This document shows, one piece after another, positions 10,569 through 20,987 of a stretch of DNA of 64,000 bases. The stretch is from Candidatus Heteroclostridium caecigallinarum (lineage in GTDB: Bacteria; Bacillota; Clostridia; Christensenellales; CAG-314): assembly GCA_904419725.1 (NCBI GenBank), contig CAJFSP010000001.1, forward strand, positions 129,814 to 193,813, given 5' to 3'. Both the position numbers and the translations under genes were made by a program. Within the stretch, counting starts at the first letter, position 1. Each line of letters begins with the position of its first letter. Under the pieces are notes generated by a model. That model was given only the letters and a program-made list of their open reading frames with translations. It did not search any database and was not told the origin of the DNA.

Positions 10569-10949
10569 TTACTCCTTATTCCAGCGCATATTATCTATCG
10601 TGAACTCCTTGACAACCTGTCCGTTCACGACGTGATCGTTAATGATTTTGACGGCTTTTTCCGGCGTGACGTCGATGTAAGTCACTTTCGGCATGTTAGG
10701 CACGAGCACTTCCACTATCGGCTCATAGTTGCAAAGTCCTATGCACCCGGTCTGGGAAACCACCACGTTTTTGAGATGCCTCTTTTCCACTTCCTGCATC
10801 AAAGCCGTCATGACGGGCATGGCTCCCGCCATGATACCGCATGTCGCCATGCCGACAAGCACTTTAATTTCTTCGCCCTTGTCGATTTTTTCCGCCTTTT
10901 CTTTCAATATCTTTTCTTTTATGGCGTTGAGTTCGGCCAAACTTTTCAT
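10569..10949 (-). CDS. Thioredoxin-like [2Fe-2S] ferredoxin
   Basis: 126 aa. Contains [10 protein letters not shown]...[11 protein letters not shown], a typical NuoE-type small 2Fe-2S protein found in hydABC operons. Confidence 0.75.
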   Translation of the reverse strand: MKSLAELNAIKEKILKEKAEKIDKGEEIKVLVGMATCGIMAGAMPVMTALMQEVEKRHLKNVVVSQTGCIGLCNYEPIVEVLVPNMPKVTYIDVTPEKAVKIINDHVVNGQVVKEFTIDNMRWNKE

Positions 10950-11506
10950 AATTGCAATTTCCCTCCGTTTACTTCTTTGATTTTGCCTGCTATAAACTCC
11001 CTTATGTGGAAATACACCGTCAAATCACAATATCCGTTCTGGTCATGCAAGACGTCTTTGACGTCGTCGGTGTCGAATTCGAAACTTTTGCCGTCTACCG
11101 CAAAAGTAAAAATAAACCGTATGTCATGGTTGGACGAAATGGTTGTGAGTATCGCGTCGGTAAGATTGCCCACGGGCATACAGTCGATACTTTTGGTGTT
11201 GAACACCGCGGAAACTTTCGTCCCCTCGCCCGGTTTGCTCCGAATGTCGAAACCGCCGCCCGTAAGCGTTGCGTAAAACTTGTAAAGCGGAATGCCCAGC
11301 CCGACTTTTCTTGTCGTGCGCGACGTCATGAACGGGTCTGTAACGCGCGCCAGCGTTTCTTCGTCCATGCCGCAACCATTGTCGGTAATGTCAATTTTCA
11401 ACAATCCGCTGCCGCTGTCGAAACAAATGTCGGTTCTGATGACATCCGCCCCTGCCGCGACAGAGTTTTGCAAGATGTCCAGAATGTGAAGCGATATTTC
11501 TCTCAT
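10946..11506 (-). CDS. Stand-alone histidine-kinase-like ATPase (HATPase_c) protein
   Basis: 186 aa. Carries an N-box (ILDILQNSVAAGA), a G1 box (DNGCGMDEETL) and a G2 box (GLGIPL). It overlaps its neighbours by 4 nt. Confidence 0.7.
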   Translation of the reverse strand: MREISLHILDILQNSVAAGADVIRTDICFDSGSGLLKIDITDNGCGMDEETLARVTDPFMTSRTTRKVGLGIPLYKFYATLTGGGFDIRSKPGEGTKVSAVFNTKSIDCMPVGNLTDAILTTISSNHDIRFIFTFAVDGKSFEFDTDDVKDVLHDQNGYCDLTVYFHIREFIAGKIKEVNGGKLQL

Positions 11507-12012
11507 AAATTTCTGGCTCGTTTGCGGTAAATATCCACGATATTTTCCACGTCATACTGCGAGATGTTGCCGTAAACGTCGTCGTTGACGAACATTACGG
11601 GAGCAAGGCCGCAGCAGCCTATGCACCTTGTCGGCTGTATGGCGAAAACGCCGTCGGGCGTGCACTCGCCGTCGTCAATGCCCAGCACTTCTTTGAGTTT
11701 TTCGTTAATCATGCCGGCGCCCTTGACATAGCAGACAGTACCCATACACACGCTGAAATTGAACTTTCCGAGCGGGTCGGTGCGCAAAAAGTGATAAAAG
11801 GTAACAACTCCGTAAACCTTTTCCATCGACACTCCCATGCCGTCGGCCACTTTTTTCTGAACTTCAATAGGCAGGTATCCGTAAATATCCTGCGCCTTCT
11901 GCAAAACCACAAGCAGGTTTGTCTCGTCACCGCCGTATTCCGCCAGCAACGCTTCCATTTTAGCCTTTTGCTCGGGTGTTTCGGTAAAGCAGAACCCGTT
12001 GTTTTCTTTCAT
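11503..12012 (-). CDS. hydC: NuoE-like [2Fe-2S] subunit of the hydrogenase (HydC)
   Basis: 169 aa. Contains CMGTVCYVKGA...CIGCCGLAPV, the NuoE Cys pattern. Confidence 0.85.
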   Translation of the reverse strand: MKENNGFCFTETPEQKAKMEALLAEYGGDETNLLVVLQKAQDIYGYLPIEVQKKVADGMGVSMEKVYGVVTFYHFLRTDPLGKFNFSVCMGTVCYVKGAGMINEKLKEVLGIDDGECTPDGVFAIQPTRCIGCCGLAPVMFVNDDVYGNISQYDVENIVDIYRKRARNL

Positions 12013-12023
12013 ATCTACCTCCG

Positions 12024-12725
12024 TTATTTGCCGAATAACTCAAAAAACGCTTCAAGCGATTTTTCTCTCAGTTCCATGCGGTTGTCGTTAAGAACCATCG
12101 CTTCCAACGTGTGAGCGTCGGAATTTGTGAAAATCATATATTTTTCGCCCAGTTTTCGCCTGAGTTTTTCATCGCAGAATTTTGTCACTTCCACAGCCTT
12201 GCACCTGAAATCCTCAGGCACGCAGCCCAGCGTCGCTATCATGCTGTTCGCGTCCTTGTCCACATGGGCGGGAATGACTACGCCGCCTTTTTCTTCCACG
12301 ACCGCTTCAAGCGTATACAAATCGACATCGGTCGCTATGCCGAGAAAACTCCTTACGCAGCCGATGTCGTTATCGTCGGAATCAAGCACGGTTTGCGTAT
12401 AGTACAGTTTTGTGTTGAAAGGCATCTTGTACATGTGGTCGTAAAGTTCCGAACAAAAGACGCCCAGCACGTCGAAAGATTTGAAATAACAAAGCACATG
12501 AATATCTTCGCTTGTGGCGACTTCCACCCCCGGCACCAGCACGATGCCGAGCCTTTCGGCGAGCGGGCGCGCGGCAATGGCGTTGAGCCCGGCGTTGTGG
12601 TCTGTTATCGCCAGAAAGTCTATATCGCACAACTTGGCCATATTCAATATGTTGTGTATCGTGTTTTCCCTCGACGCGCATCCGCTGAGAACCGAATGTA
12701 CGTGCAAATCGTACTTAAACTTCAT
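12024..12725 (-). CDS. PHP-domain phosphoesterase
   Basis: 233 aa. Begins with the YDLHVHS metal-binding motif and has later ITDHN and AHVD motifs. Confidence 0.75.
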   Translation of the reverse strand: MKFKYDLHVHSVLSGCASRENTIHNILNMAKLCDIDFLAITDHNAGLNAIAARPLAERLGIVLVPGVEVATSEDIHVLCYFKSFDVLGVFCSELYDHMYKMPFNTKLYYTQTVLDSDDNDIGCVRSFLGIATDVDLYTLEAVVEEKGGVVIPAHVDKDANSMIATLGCVPEDFRCKAVEVTKFCDEKLRRKLGEKYMIFTNSDAHTLEAMVLNDNRMELREKSLEAFFELFGK

Positions 12726-14323
12726 ATAATTTTAGACAAAGCGACGCAAGTTTCAAAAATAGGCAACTTGCTGCCGAGTATTGTTATCTCCTGCTGCCTG
12801 GCTTTATTGATGAGATTTTCGTCCGGTCTGACGCCGTCGCACAGCACCACCGCCGACATTTCGGAAAGTTTGGCGACGGCCGTGATATTGACGTTGGACA
12901 TAATAGTCAGCCAGCAGCACTTTTCTTTCACCTTGGAAATGACGTAACTGAACAAATCCGACGCGCAATAGTCTTCAATCACGGCGCCGCCGTCGCTCAG
13001 ATTAAACACCTCAAGTCCGAGTTTTTCTATCATTTCGGATACCGTCATCGCTCCTCCGCCCTTCTTGTCTATATTTCCGAATTTGATGCACCGCGTAATG
13101 CTTACCCTGCCTTTCGCCACGTCTTCGGCGAAAGCCTTGCAACTTGGCGCCCCGCATATGCCGCAGTCAAGACCCGGCAATTGTTGGCGCACCTCTTCGA
13201 GTTTCCGCATTTTGATGAAAGCCTGCGTGAAATCCTCGTCCAGCTGATAATAAGCGTTGTTAACCTGCCACGGCTCCGGCCGTATGTAAAAATCCAACGG
13301 CTTGTCAGCCTTGTCCGTGGTGTTTTCGCGCTCTTTGACGACTTCGCGCCGCAGTTTCATTATGGTGCTTTTCGCGAAAAACGCGTTCTCGAGATTCATC
13401 GCCCCGCCCACGCAGCCGCTAGGACAGGCGTTGAGTTCCACATATTCGAGTTCGGGATGTTTTCCGTCTTCAAGTTCTTTAAGCACGCTGATGACGTTTT
13501 CCATTCCGTCGACGGCAAGCGCCCTGCTGCTGCCGACGTTTTTGACTTCTCCGCCAGTAACCGCGCACCTTATGCCGGTGGTTCCCGCCTTGAAGCGGGT
13601 TTTTACTTCAACCCCGTCGAATTTAAGGTTCATCACTTTGAGGCTGACTTCCCTGACAGACAGCACGCCGTCTATTTTACAGCCGCTTTTATACAAATCG
13701 GTTTTTATGGCCGAAGCGTGCGCCGGACACGGCGAAATGAAAAACACGCCGATATCTTCCGGGGCAAGCCCTGTTTTTCTGACCGCCTCTTCTCTGGCGA
13801 GTTTAGCCGCTATGTGCGAAGCGGGCACAAAAGGCACGAGATTGTTTTTCAGGTTATGGAAACACATCAGTATAAGTTCGACGCACGCCGGGCACGCCGC
13901 GCTTATAAGCGGTTTTGCAAGTTTCCCTTCCGCCAGCGCCTTCTTTACGATTCCGCTGAGAATATCGTCGCCGCGCGCCGCCTCAAACACATCGTCGAAA
14001 CCTATGTACAACAGAGAGTTAAGTATTTTATCCACATCGTCCGCGTTGCGGAACTGTCCGAAAAAAGAAGACGCGGGCAAAGCCACTTTATATTTGAAAT
14101 TGTTAATAATGTCGATGCCGTCGAAATTCGGGTGCATTGCCCTTTTCTGGCACACCAAGACGCAGTCGCCGCAGTTGATGCATTTTGACGAATCTATCTG
14201 CGCTTTGCCGTCCATGACGCGGATGGCTTTTGTCGGACAGCGTTTAATGCAGTTTATGCACCCTATGCAGGCCTCTTTGTCTACCAATATGGATTGATAT
14301 GAATTGTTCCCCGCCTCTTTCAT
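12722..14323 (-). CDS. Hydrogenase-like (HydS-type, putative sensory) Fe-S protein with a C-terminal DRTGG-like domain
   Basis: 533 aa. It has two ferredoxin motifs (CIGCINCIKRCP, CINCGDCVLVCQ). Its H-domain-like core carries FISPCPAH and ELNACPSGCVGG in place of the canonical HydA motifs. These are followed by GLDCGICGAPSCKAF (a putative Fe-S domain) and a DRTGG-like tail. Confidence 0.7.
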   Translation of the reverse strand: MKEAGNNSYQSILVDKEACIGCINCIKRCPTKAIRVMDGKAQIDSSKCINCGDCVLVCQKRAMHPNFDGIDIINNFKYKVALPASSFFGQFRNADDVDKILNSLLYIGFDDVFEAARGDDILSGIVKKALAEGKLAKPLISAACPACVELILMCFHNLKNNLVPFVPASHIAAKLAREEAVRKTGLAPEDIGVFFISPCPAHASAIKTDLYKSGCKIDGVLSVREVSLKVMNLKFDGVEVKTRFKAGTTGIRCAVTGGEVKNVGSSRALAVDGMENVISVLKELEDGKHPELEYVELNACPSGCVGGAMNLENAFFAKSTIMKLRREVVKERENTTDKADKPLDFYIRPEPWQVNNAYYQLDEDFTQAFIKMRKLEEVRQQLPGLDCGICGAPSCKAFAEDVAKGRVSITRCIKFGNIDKKGGGAMTVSEMIEKLGLEVFNLSDGGAVIEDYCASDLFSYVISKVKEKCCWLTIMSNVNITAVAKLSEMSAVVLCDGVRPDENLINKARQQEITILGSKLPIFETCVALSKII

Positions 14324-14752
14324 CTAAATAAGATACTCCATAATCACGGTAGTGCCGACGCCGACTTCCGACCGTATAGTCAATTTATCGCTGTATTTCT
14401 TCATGTTCGGCAGTCCCATGCCCGCCCCGAAGCCCAGCGAACGCACTTTATCGCTGGCGGTGGAATATCCTTCCTGCATGGCTTGCTCGATATTAGGTAT
14501 CCCCTTGCCGGTATCTGTCATGGTAACGGTAATTTTATCCGGGCACAGCAGAACGTCGGCTCTGCCGCCGTTGGCGTGTATGACCATGTTGATTTCCGCT
14601 TCATACATGCTTATGGCAACTTTGCGTATCACGTCTTTGTTGACGCCGAGGCGTTTGAGTTTCGCTTTCGTCTCTTCGCTGGCGGCGCCGGCGCCGTCAA
14701 AGTTGTCGCCGTCCACGATGTAAGAAAATTTCATACATTCGAGAGGGTTCAT
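14324..14752 (-). CDS. Anti-sigma-factor-type Ser/Thr kinase-like ATPase (HATPase_c_2)
   Basis: I place the start at MNPLECMKF, whose ATG overlaps the upstream TGA. Motifs EAEINMVIHA, DTGKGIPN and GFGAGMGLPN resemble the SpoIIAB/RsbW class. Confidence 0.7.
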   Translation of the reverse strand: MNPLECMKFSYIVDGDNFDGAGAASEETKAKLKRLGVNKDVIRKVAISMYEAEINMVIHANGGRADVLLCPDKITVTMTDTGKGIPNIEQAMQEGYSTASDKVRSLGFGAGMGLPNMKKYSDKLTIRSEVGVGTTVIMEYLI

Positions 14753-15102
14753 TTGCTCTCCTCCCCCCTCAGACCGCTTTCGTAAAGCATTCCGCAAGCA
14801 GTGAACATGTTGTATTTGCACTGCAAAACCGCTATGTTGTTCTGCTGGGCAAGTTCTATCGTCTTGTCGTCGGGTTTTTTGTTCCGGACAAATACTATAC
14901 AGCGCATATCCATCATCGCGACAGTACGCACAACCTGCGGATTCGCCAGTCCCGTCAGCAAAGCGCCTTCGCCGTCTTTAACGTAAGCAAGCACGTCGCT
15001 CATAAGGTCACAGCCGAACGCGCTTTTTATTTCCGTGTCTTTCAGTTCTTCGCCGCATACGAATTCGGCTTCGATAATTTCTGCCAACCGGGAAATTTTC
15101 AT
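14749..15102 (-). CDS. DRTGG domain-containing protein
   Basis: 117 aa. Contains LLTGLANPQVVRTVAMMDMRCIVFVRNKKP, typical of a DRTGG domain. It is the first gene of the operon. Confidence 0.7.
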   Translation of the reverse strand: MKISRLAEIIEAEFVCGEELKDTEIKSAFGCDLMSDVLAYVKDGEGALLTGLANPQVVRTVAMMDMRCIVFVRNKKPDDKTIELAQQNNIAVLQCKYNMFTACGMLYESGLRGEESK

Positions 15103-15130
15103 AAGTATCCTCGTAAATATAGTTTTTTTA

Positions 15131-15159
15131 ATTTTACCATACCATTAGCCGCATTTCAA
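15131..15159 (-). promoter_or_regulatory. Putative sigma-A promoter of the hydrogenase operon
   Basis: On the minus strand this reads TTGAAA (15159..15154), a 17-nt spacer, then TAAAAT (15136..15131), about 30 nt upstream of the first ATG. Confidence 0.45.
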
Positions 15160-15213
15160 TAAATAAAAAAATTTTTTGCGCAAATATTGTTTTTAACGAG
15201 GTACGGCACATTT

Positions 15214-15930
15214 TTAACGAAAATCGGTTTTCAACGACAAAAAAACGTCAAAAGACGCCGCCCTGACATCGGAAGACGTACATTCGCCCGAAAGTCCCGA
15301 ACAGATTTCCGCAAGACCGCGCAGTTTGTCCGCCATCGGTTCCGCCGCTCCCGTAAGCGCCCCGGCGATTCCTTCCGCTCCGGCGGCGATATCTTCCAAA
15401 TCGCCGCCATCATACGCGGCGGCGTCAATTTTATCCGCAATCACGGTTAATTTCAAAAACGCGCGGTAAATCATATCGGCGGCGCCGGCGCACAGTTTCG
15501 CCAGCCGCGCCTCTCCGCCGAAAGAAATGTTTTCCGCTTTCAGCGACAAATCGATTACGGAAGCGTTTTCGCCTTCCTCTTTCAGTCTGTCGCTCACCTT
15601 TACGGCATCGGCCTCGCTGCCATACGCCGCGGCAAGCGTGAGAAAACGACCGCCGTCAGACAACACATAGCCGGCGCCGCCCCTTTCTTTAAGCAGCAGG
15701 GCGAATTTTTCCGCCGCTTCGCCGTTATCGAAAACGCCCATGCATACCGCGTAACACGGGCGGCACGGCATATATATCAACAAATCCGACGGCGACAGCG
15801 CGTTGACCGCAATCACCGAAAAAACGCAGACGACCGCCACCGCGGCCGCGACCGAAAAACTTCCGCCGCGGCGCCCGGCGCGTCTTTTGTCCGCACCGTA
15901 TGAACGATAAAGGTACTTTCCGCCTTGCAT
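15214..15930 (-). CDS. Membrane-anchored SPOR-like domain protein
   Basis: 238 aa. An N-terminal TM helix is followed by YAVCMGVFDNGEAAEKFALLLKERGGAGYV...AAAYGSEADAVKVSDRLKEEG, which resembles a SPOR repeat. Confidence 0.5.
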   Translation of the reverse strand: MQGGKYLYRSYGADKRRAGRRGGSFSVAAAVAVVCVFSVIAVNALSPSDLLIYMPCRPCYAVCMGVFDNGEAAEKFALLLKERGGAGYVLSDGGRFLTLAAAYGSEADAVKVSDRLKEEGENASVIDLSLKAENISFGGEARLAKLCAGAADMIYRAFLKLTVIADKIDAAAYDGGDLEDIAAGAEGIAGALTGAAEPMADKLRGLAEICSGLSGECTSSDVRAASFDVFLSLKTDFR

Positions 15931-15957
15931 ATCCTTATATATATGCCGCGGGCAAAT

Positions 15958-15982
15958 AAAAAAGCCGTCCGCACGGACGGCT
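15958..15982 (-). terminator. Intrinsic terminator after comEB
   Basis: The minus strand reads AGCCGTCCGTGCGGACGGCT followed by TTTTTAT. Confidence 0.6.
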
Positions 15983-15990
15983 GAAAATCT

Positions 15991-16440
15991 TTATTCGCCG
16001 AATTTGACTACTTCGACACCCGCTTCGCTCAGCATCTCCAGCGAGAAAGTGTCGGGATATCCTTCGTTGTACACGACTTTTTTTATACCGGCGTTTATAA
16101 TGAGTTTCGCGCATATACTGCACGGCTGATGCGTAACGTACATCGTGGCGTCTTTTATGTTGACATTGAGCCTGCCCGCCTGCACTATGGCGTTTTGCTC
16201 GGCGTGCACGGCATAGCATATTTCATGGTGAGTGCCGCTGGGGATATTGAGTTTGCGCCTCAGGCACTCCCCCTTTTCTTTACAACTGCGCACGCCGCTG
16301 GGAGCGCCGTTATATCCTGTGGTGATGATTCTCTTGTCTTTGACAATCACACAGCCTACCTGCCTGTTTTCCTGATAACAACTTGACCATGTCGAGACAA
16401 GTTTAGCCATGTCCATAAATCTGCCGTCCCACTTATCCAT
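15991..16440 (-). CDS. comEB: dCMP deaminase (ComEB family)
   Basis: I place the start at MDKWDGRF, behind the RBS AAGGAG. The zinc motifs HAEQNA and PCSICAKLI are present. Confidence 0.85.
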   Translation of the reverse strand: MDKWDGRFMDMAKLVSTWSSCYQENRQVGCVIVKDKRIITTGYNGAPSGVRSCKEKGECLRRKLNIPSGTHHEICYAVHAEQNAIVQAGRLNVNIKDATMYVTHQPCSICAKLIINAGIKKVVYNEGYPDTFSLEMLSEAGVEVVKFGE

Positions 16441-16585
16441 AGTAAAAACTCCTTGAATAAACACAGTTTAGCACATCGGCGGCAAAATATCAACACACAA
16501 TTTGGCGCGGCGGACATCTTTCGCCAAAAATCGACTGTCCGCGCGCGGCGGCGGAAAATTAACGGAATTTTCTGGTAAATTTTGA

Positions 16586-16613
16586 TTGACAAAAATCAAA
16601 TATGTTTTATAAT
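16586..16613 (+). promoter_or_regulatory. Sigma-A promoter of groESL
   Basis: TTGACA (16586..16591), a 16-nt spacer, then TATAAT (16608..16613). Confidence 0.7.
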
Positions 16614-16617
16614 AACA

Positions 16618-16644
16618 TTAGCACTCAAAGATAGTGAGTGCTAG
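16618..16644. promoter_or_regulatory. CIRCE operator (HrcA binding site)
   Basis: TTAGCACTC-AAAGATAGT-GAGTGCTAG closely matches the consensus TTAGCACTC-N9-GAGTGCTAA. It lies between the promoter and groES. Confidence 0.88.
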
Positions 16645-16679
16645 CAATATAATTCAGATAATCATTAAGGAGGGTAAAT

Positions 16680-16964
16680 ATGAAACTCAGACCTTTGTTT
16701 GACAAAGTTGTCCTCGAACCGGTCGAGGCTAATGAAAAAACCCAGGGCGGCATTTTGCTTCCGGGCACCGCTCAGGAAAAACAGCAAATCGGCGTTATAG
16801 TCGCCGTCGGCAACGGCGGTGTGGTTGACGGCAAAGACGTCGTCATGCAGGTTGAAGTCGGTCAGAAAGTTCTTTACGCCAAATATTCCGGCTCGGAATT
16901 CAAATATGAAGGCAAAGACTACGTTATCATTCGCCAAAGCGATATTTTGGCAATTATGGAATAA
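16680..16964 (+). CDS. groES: Co-chaperonin GroES
   Basis: 94 aa. Begins MKLRPLFDKVVLEPVEANEKTQGGILLP. RBS AGGAGG. Confidence 0.97.
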   Translation: MKLRPLFDKVVLEPVEANEKTQGGILLPGTAQEKQQIGVIVAVGNGGVVDGKDVVMQVEVGQKVLYAKYSGSEFKYEGKDYVIIRQSDILAIME

Positions 16965-16972
16965 GGAGATGA

Positions 16973-18601
<1,629 letters not shown>

Positions 18602-18658
18602 TAACCTTTCTTACAGACGAACACGTCTATAAGTTTCTTATATTCGAAGTTTCTCCGA

Positions 18659-18910
18659 AAATAGAAGCCCCGTCGTTTGACGGGGTTTTTGCTTTTCAGC
18701 AAATAGAAGCCCCGTCGTTTGACGGGGTTTTTGCTTTTCAGCAAATAGAAGCCCCGTCGTTTGACGGGGTTTTTGTTTTTCAGCAAATAGAAGCCCCGTC
18801 GTTTGACGGGGTTTTTGTTTTTCAGCAAATAGAAGCCCCGTCGTTTGACGGGGTTTTTGTTTTTCAGTAAATAGAAGCCCCGTCGTTTGACGGGGTTTTT
18901 GTTTTTCAGC
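18659..18910. repeat. Six head-to-tail copies of a 42-bp unit, each a complete intrinsic terminator
   Basis: The unit is AAATAGAAGCCCCGTCGTTTGACGGGGTTTTTG(C/T)TTTTCAG(C/T). Copies start at 18659, 18701, 18743, 18785, 18827 and 18869. Each has the stem CCCCGTC/GACGGGG, the loop GTTT and a T-run. Only 2 positions vary across the array. Confidence 0.95.
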
Positions 18911-18917
18911 AAATATA

Positions 18918-19568
18918 TCAGTCGTCCAGAATACCGAGTTCTTTGCAAAGGTCTTCAAGCGATTCGCTCACGTTGATGATTTCCGCCTGGGAGATATCCG
19001 CGCAGATTTCCGTGTCGCCGTCAGCGTCGGCGGTTTGGGCGGACTGAGTATCGGCGGCAGCCGACAGGATTTCTTCCTTTTCGAACTTGTCAAGCAAATC
19101 CGCCACTTTTTTAAGCGGCGAAAACTCCCCTTCGTCTCTTCTCCGGTTTTTTTGCGGCGCTTTCGGGGCTTTTTCGGCGTACCGATAGAGAGCGGCGTCG
19201 AATTTTTCCGACAGAGAAGCGAATTTTTCCGCTTCCGACGGCGCCATGGTTTTCACTACTTCCGCCGCGTACGCCGTCCACTTGTCACGAAAAGTTTTTA
19301 CGCGGTTTATTTCTTCCTCAAACAGTCTTTCCGCTTTGCGTTTCAACGACGCCGAACTTTCCTGCGCTTCCACAAACGCCGAAAAAATCTCTTCTTTTCT
19401 GCCGTCATAACCGGCAAGACGTTCTTCAAGTTCACGGTTTTGTTTTTTCAGCTGCTCTATCGCCGCTTTCTGCTCCGTGATGACGTTATTGTCGTCATCG
19501 GCGAGTTTTTTTATATACTCGTCCACGGCAGACGGGTCATAACCCTTCCTTACTGTCTGAAATTTCAT
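18918..19568 (-). CDS. DivIVA domain-containing coiled-coil protein
   Basis: 216 aa. The N-terminus F.TVRKGYDPSAVDEYIKKL is the DivIVA/GpsB N-domain signature, followed by a coiled coil. Confidence 0.7.
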   Translation of the reverse strand: MKFQTVRKGYDPSAVDEYIKKLADDDNNVITEQKAAIEQLKKQNRELEERLAGYDGRKEEIFSAFVEAQESSASLKRKAERLFEEEINRVKTFRDKWTAYAAEVVKTMAPSEAEKFASLSEKFDAALYRYAEKAPKAPQKNRRRDEGEFSPLKKVADLLDKFEKEEILSAAADTQSAQTADADGDTEICADISQAEIINVSESLEDLCKELGILDD

Positions 19569-20986
19569 TTCTTACCGCCTTTCGCCAGAAGTTCCTGTTT
19601 AAGGTTATACAGTTCGTCCGACAAGTCCACTTTGTAAATCTGCGGTTTGTCAAGGCGTTTATACTCGCTCCAAAACTCGTTGAGTCCGGCGTTGCATCTG
19701 CTACGCAGTTCCGTGACGCTTTTGCGCTCCAGAATATCTTCGCCGTTCTTCATGACATCCACAAGCAGCGGCCTGACGAAATAATCCGTGAGGGTGAGTT
19801 TTTTCCACCTGTCAGTAGGGTGCGTGAGCGTAAGCGGAGCGGTGAAATCTATTTTTTCGTCTTTAAGACAAATCAAATCGGCTACCGCCATTTTTGTCGC
19901 GCCGTCGTAAATACGGTATATTTCCTTTTCTCCCGGGTTGGTGATTTTAGCGGCGTTATCCGAAATTTTGAGTTTCGGTCTGCCGTCGAATTCGGCGATT
20001 TTATACACGCCGCCGAGGCTAGGATTGCTGTGGCTTGTGATAAGTCTGGTGCCGACGCCGTAAACGTCTATCTTCGCGCCCTGAATGTAAAGCGACTCTA
20101 TAGTGTATTCGTCCAGGTCGCCGGACACGAATATTTTCGCTTCGGGGAATCCCGCTTCGTCGAGAACGCGGCGGGTTTCTTTTGTGAGATACGCCAGGTC
20201 GCCCGAGTCAAGTCTCACGCCGACGGGCTTATAACCTTTTTCTTTAAGTTCGCGGAACACGGTGATGGCGTTTGGCAGACCGCTTTTCAGCGTGTCATAG
20301 GTGTCAATCAGCAGCAGACAGTTTGTCGGATACAATTCGGCATACGCCCTGAAAGCCGAAAGTTCGTCGTCAAAGGACATAATCCAGCTGTGCGCGTGCG
20401 TCCCCTTCGGGTCGGTGTCGAAAAGCATGGACGCCAGCACGTTGCTGGTGCCGACGCATCCGCCTATGACCGCCGCCCTCGCACCGTAAACAGCGGCGTC
20501 CGGTGCCTGCGCCCTGCGCAGACCGAATTCCAGCACTCCTCTGCCTCTTGCCGCCCTGACGACTCTTGCAGCCTTGGTGGCGATGAGCGTCTGGAAATTG
20601 ACGATGTTGAGCAGCGCCGCTTCCAGCAGCTGGGCTTCGAATACCGAGCCTTTAATGACCATGAGCGGCTCGTTCGGAAACACAACGGTGCCTTCAGGCA
20701 AAGCCCTGACGTCTCCTTTGAATTTGAAACCGGCAAGCCTAGACAGAAAATCCTCGCCGAATGTCCCAAGCGACCGCAGATACTCTATTTCTTCCTTGCC
20801 GAAAGAAATATTTTTGATATAATCAATCGCCTGTTCCAGTCCGCAGGCTATGCAAAAGGTGCTTTCATTGCCCTGTCTGAAAAACAAATCAAACACGGCG
20901 ACCTTATCCGCCATACCGTTTTGCAGATAGCCGTTCATCATTGTGAGTTCGTAAAAATCCGTAAGCAGAGTGAGGTTCTTATCCAT
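19565..20986 (-). CDS. pncB: Nicotinate phosphoribosyltransferase
   Basis: 473 aa. Begins LLTDFYELTMMNGY. Length and pattern are typical of NAPRTase. Confidence 0.9.
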   Translation of the reverse strand: MDKNLTLLTDFYELTMMNGYLQNGMADKVAVFDLFFRQGNESTFCIACGLEQAIDYIKNISFGKEEIEYLRSLGTFGEDFLSRLAGFKFKGDVRALPEGTVVFPNEPLMVIKGSVFEAQLLEAALLNIVNFQTLIATKAARVVRAARGRGVLEFGLRRAQAPDAAVYGARAAVIGGCVGTSNVLASMLFDTDPKGTHAHSWIMSFDDELSAFRAYAELYPTNCLLLIDTYDTLKSGLPNAITVFRELKEKGYKPVGVRLDSGDLAYLTKETRRVLDEAGFPEAKIFVSGDLDEYTIESLYIQGAKIDVYGVGTRLITSHSNPSLGGVYKIAEFDGRPKLKISDNAAKITNPGEKEIYRIYDGATKMAVADLICLKDEKIDFTAPLTLTHPTDRWKKLTLTDYFVRPLLVDVMKNGEDILERKSVTELRSRCNAGLNEFWSEYKRLDKPQIYKVDLSDELYNLKQELLAKGGKK

Positions 20987-20987
20987 T

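Noticed and set aside
18659-18910. Possible CRISPR array (also considered for 50452..50699).
   Set aside because: The units are directly contiguous with no unique spacers, and no cas genes lie in the window. The repeat itself is a terminator in one case and a hairpin unit derived from the adjacent gene in the other.
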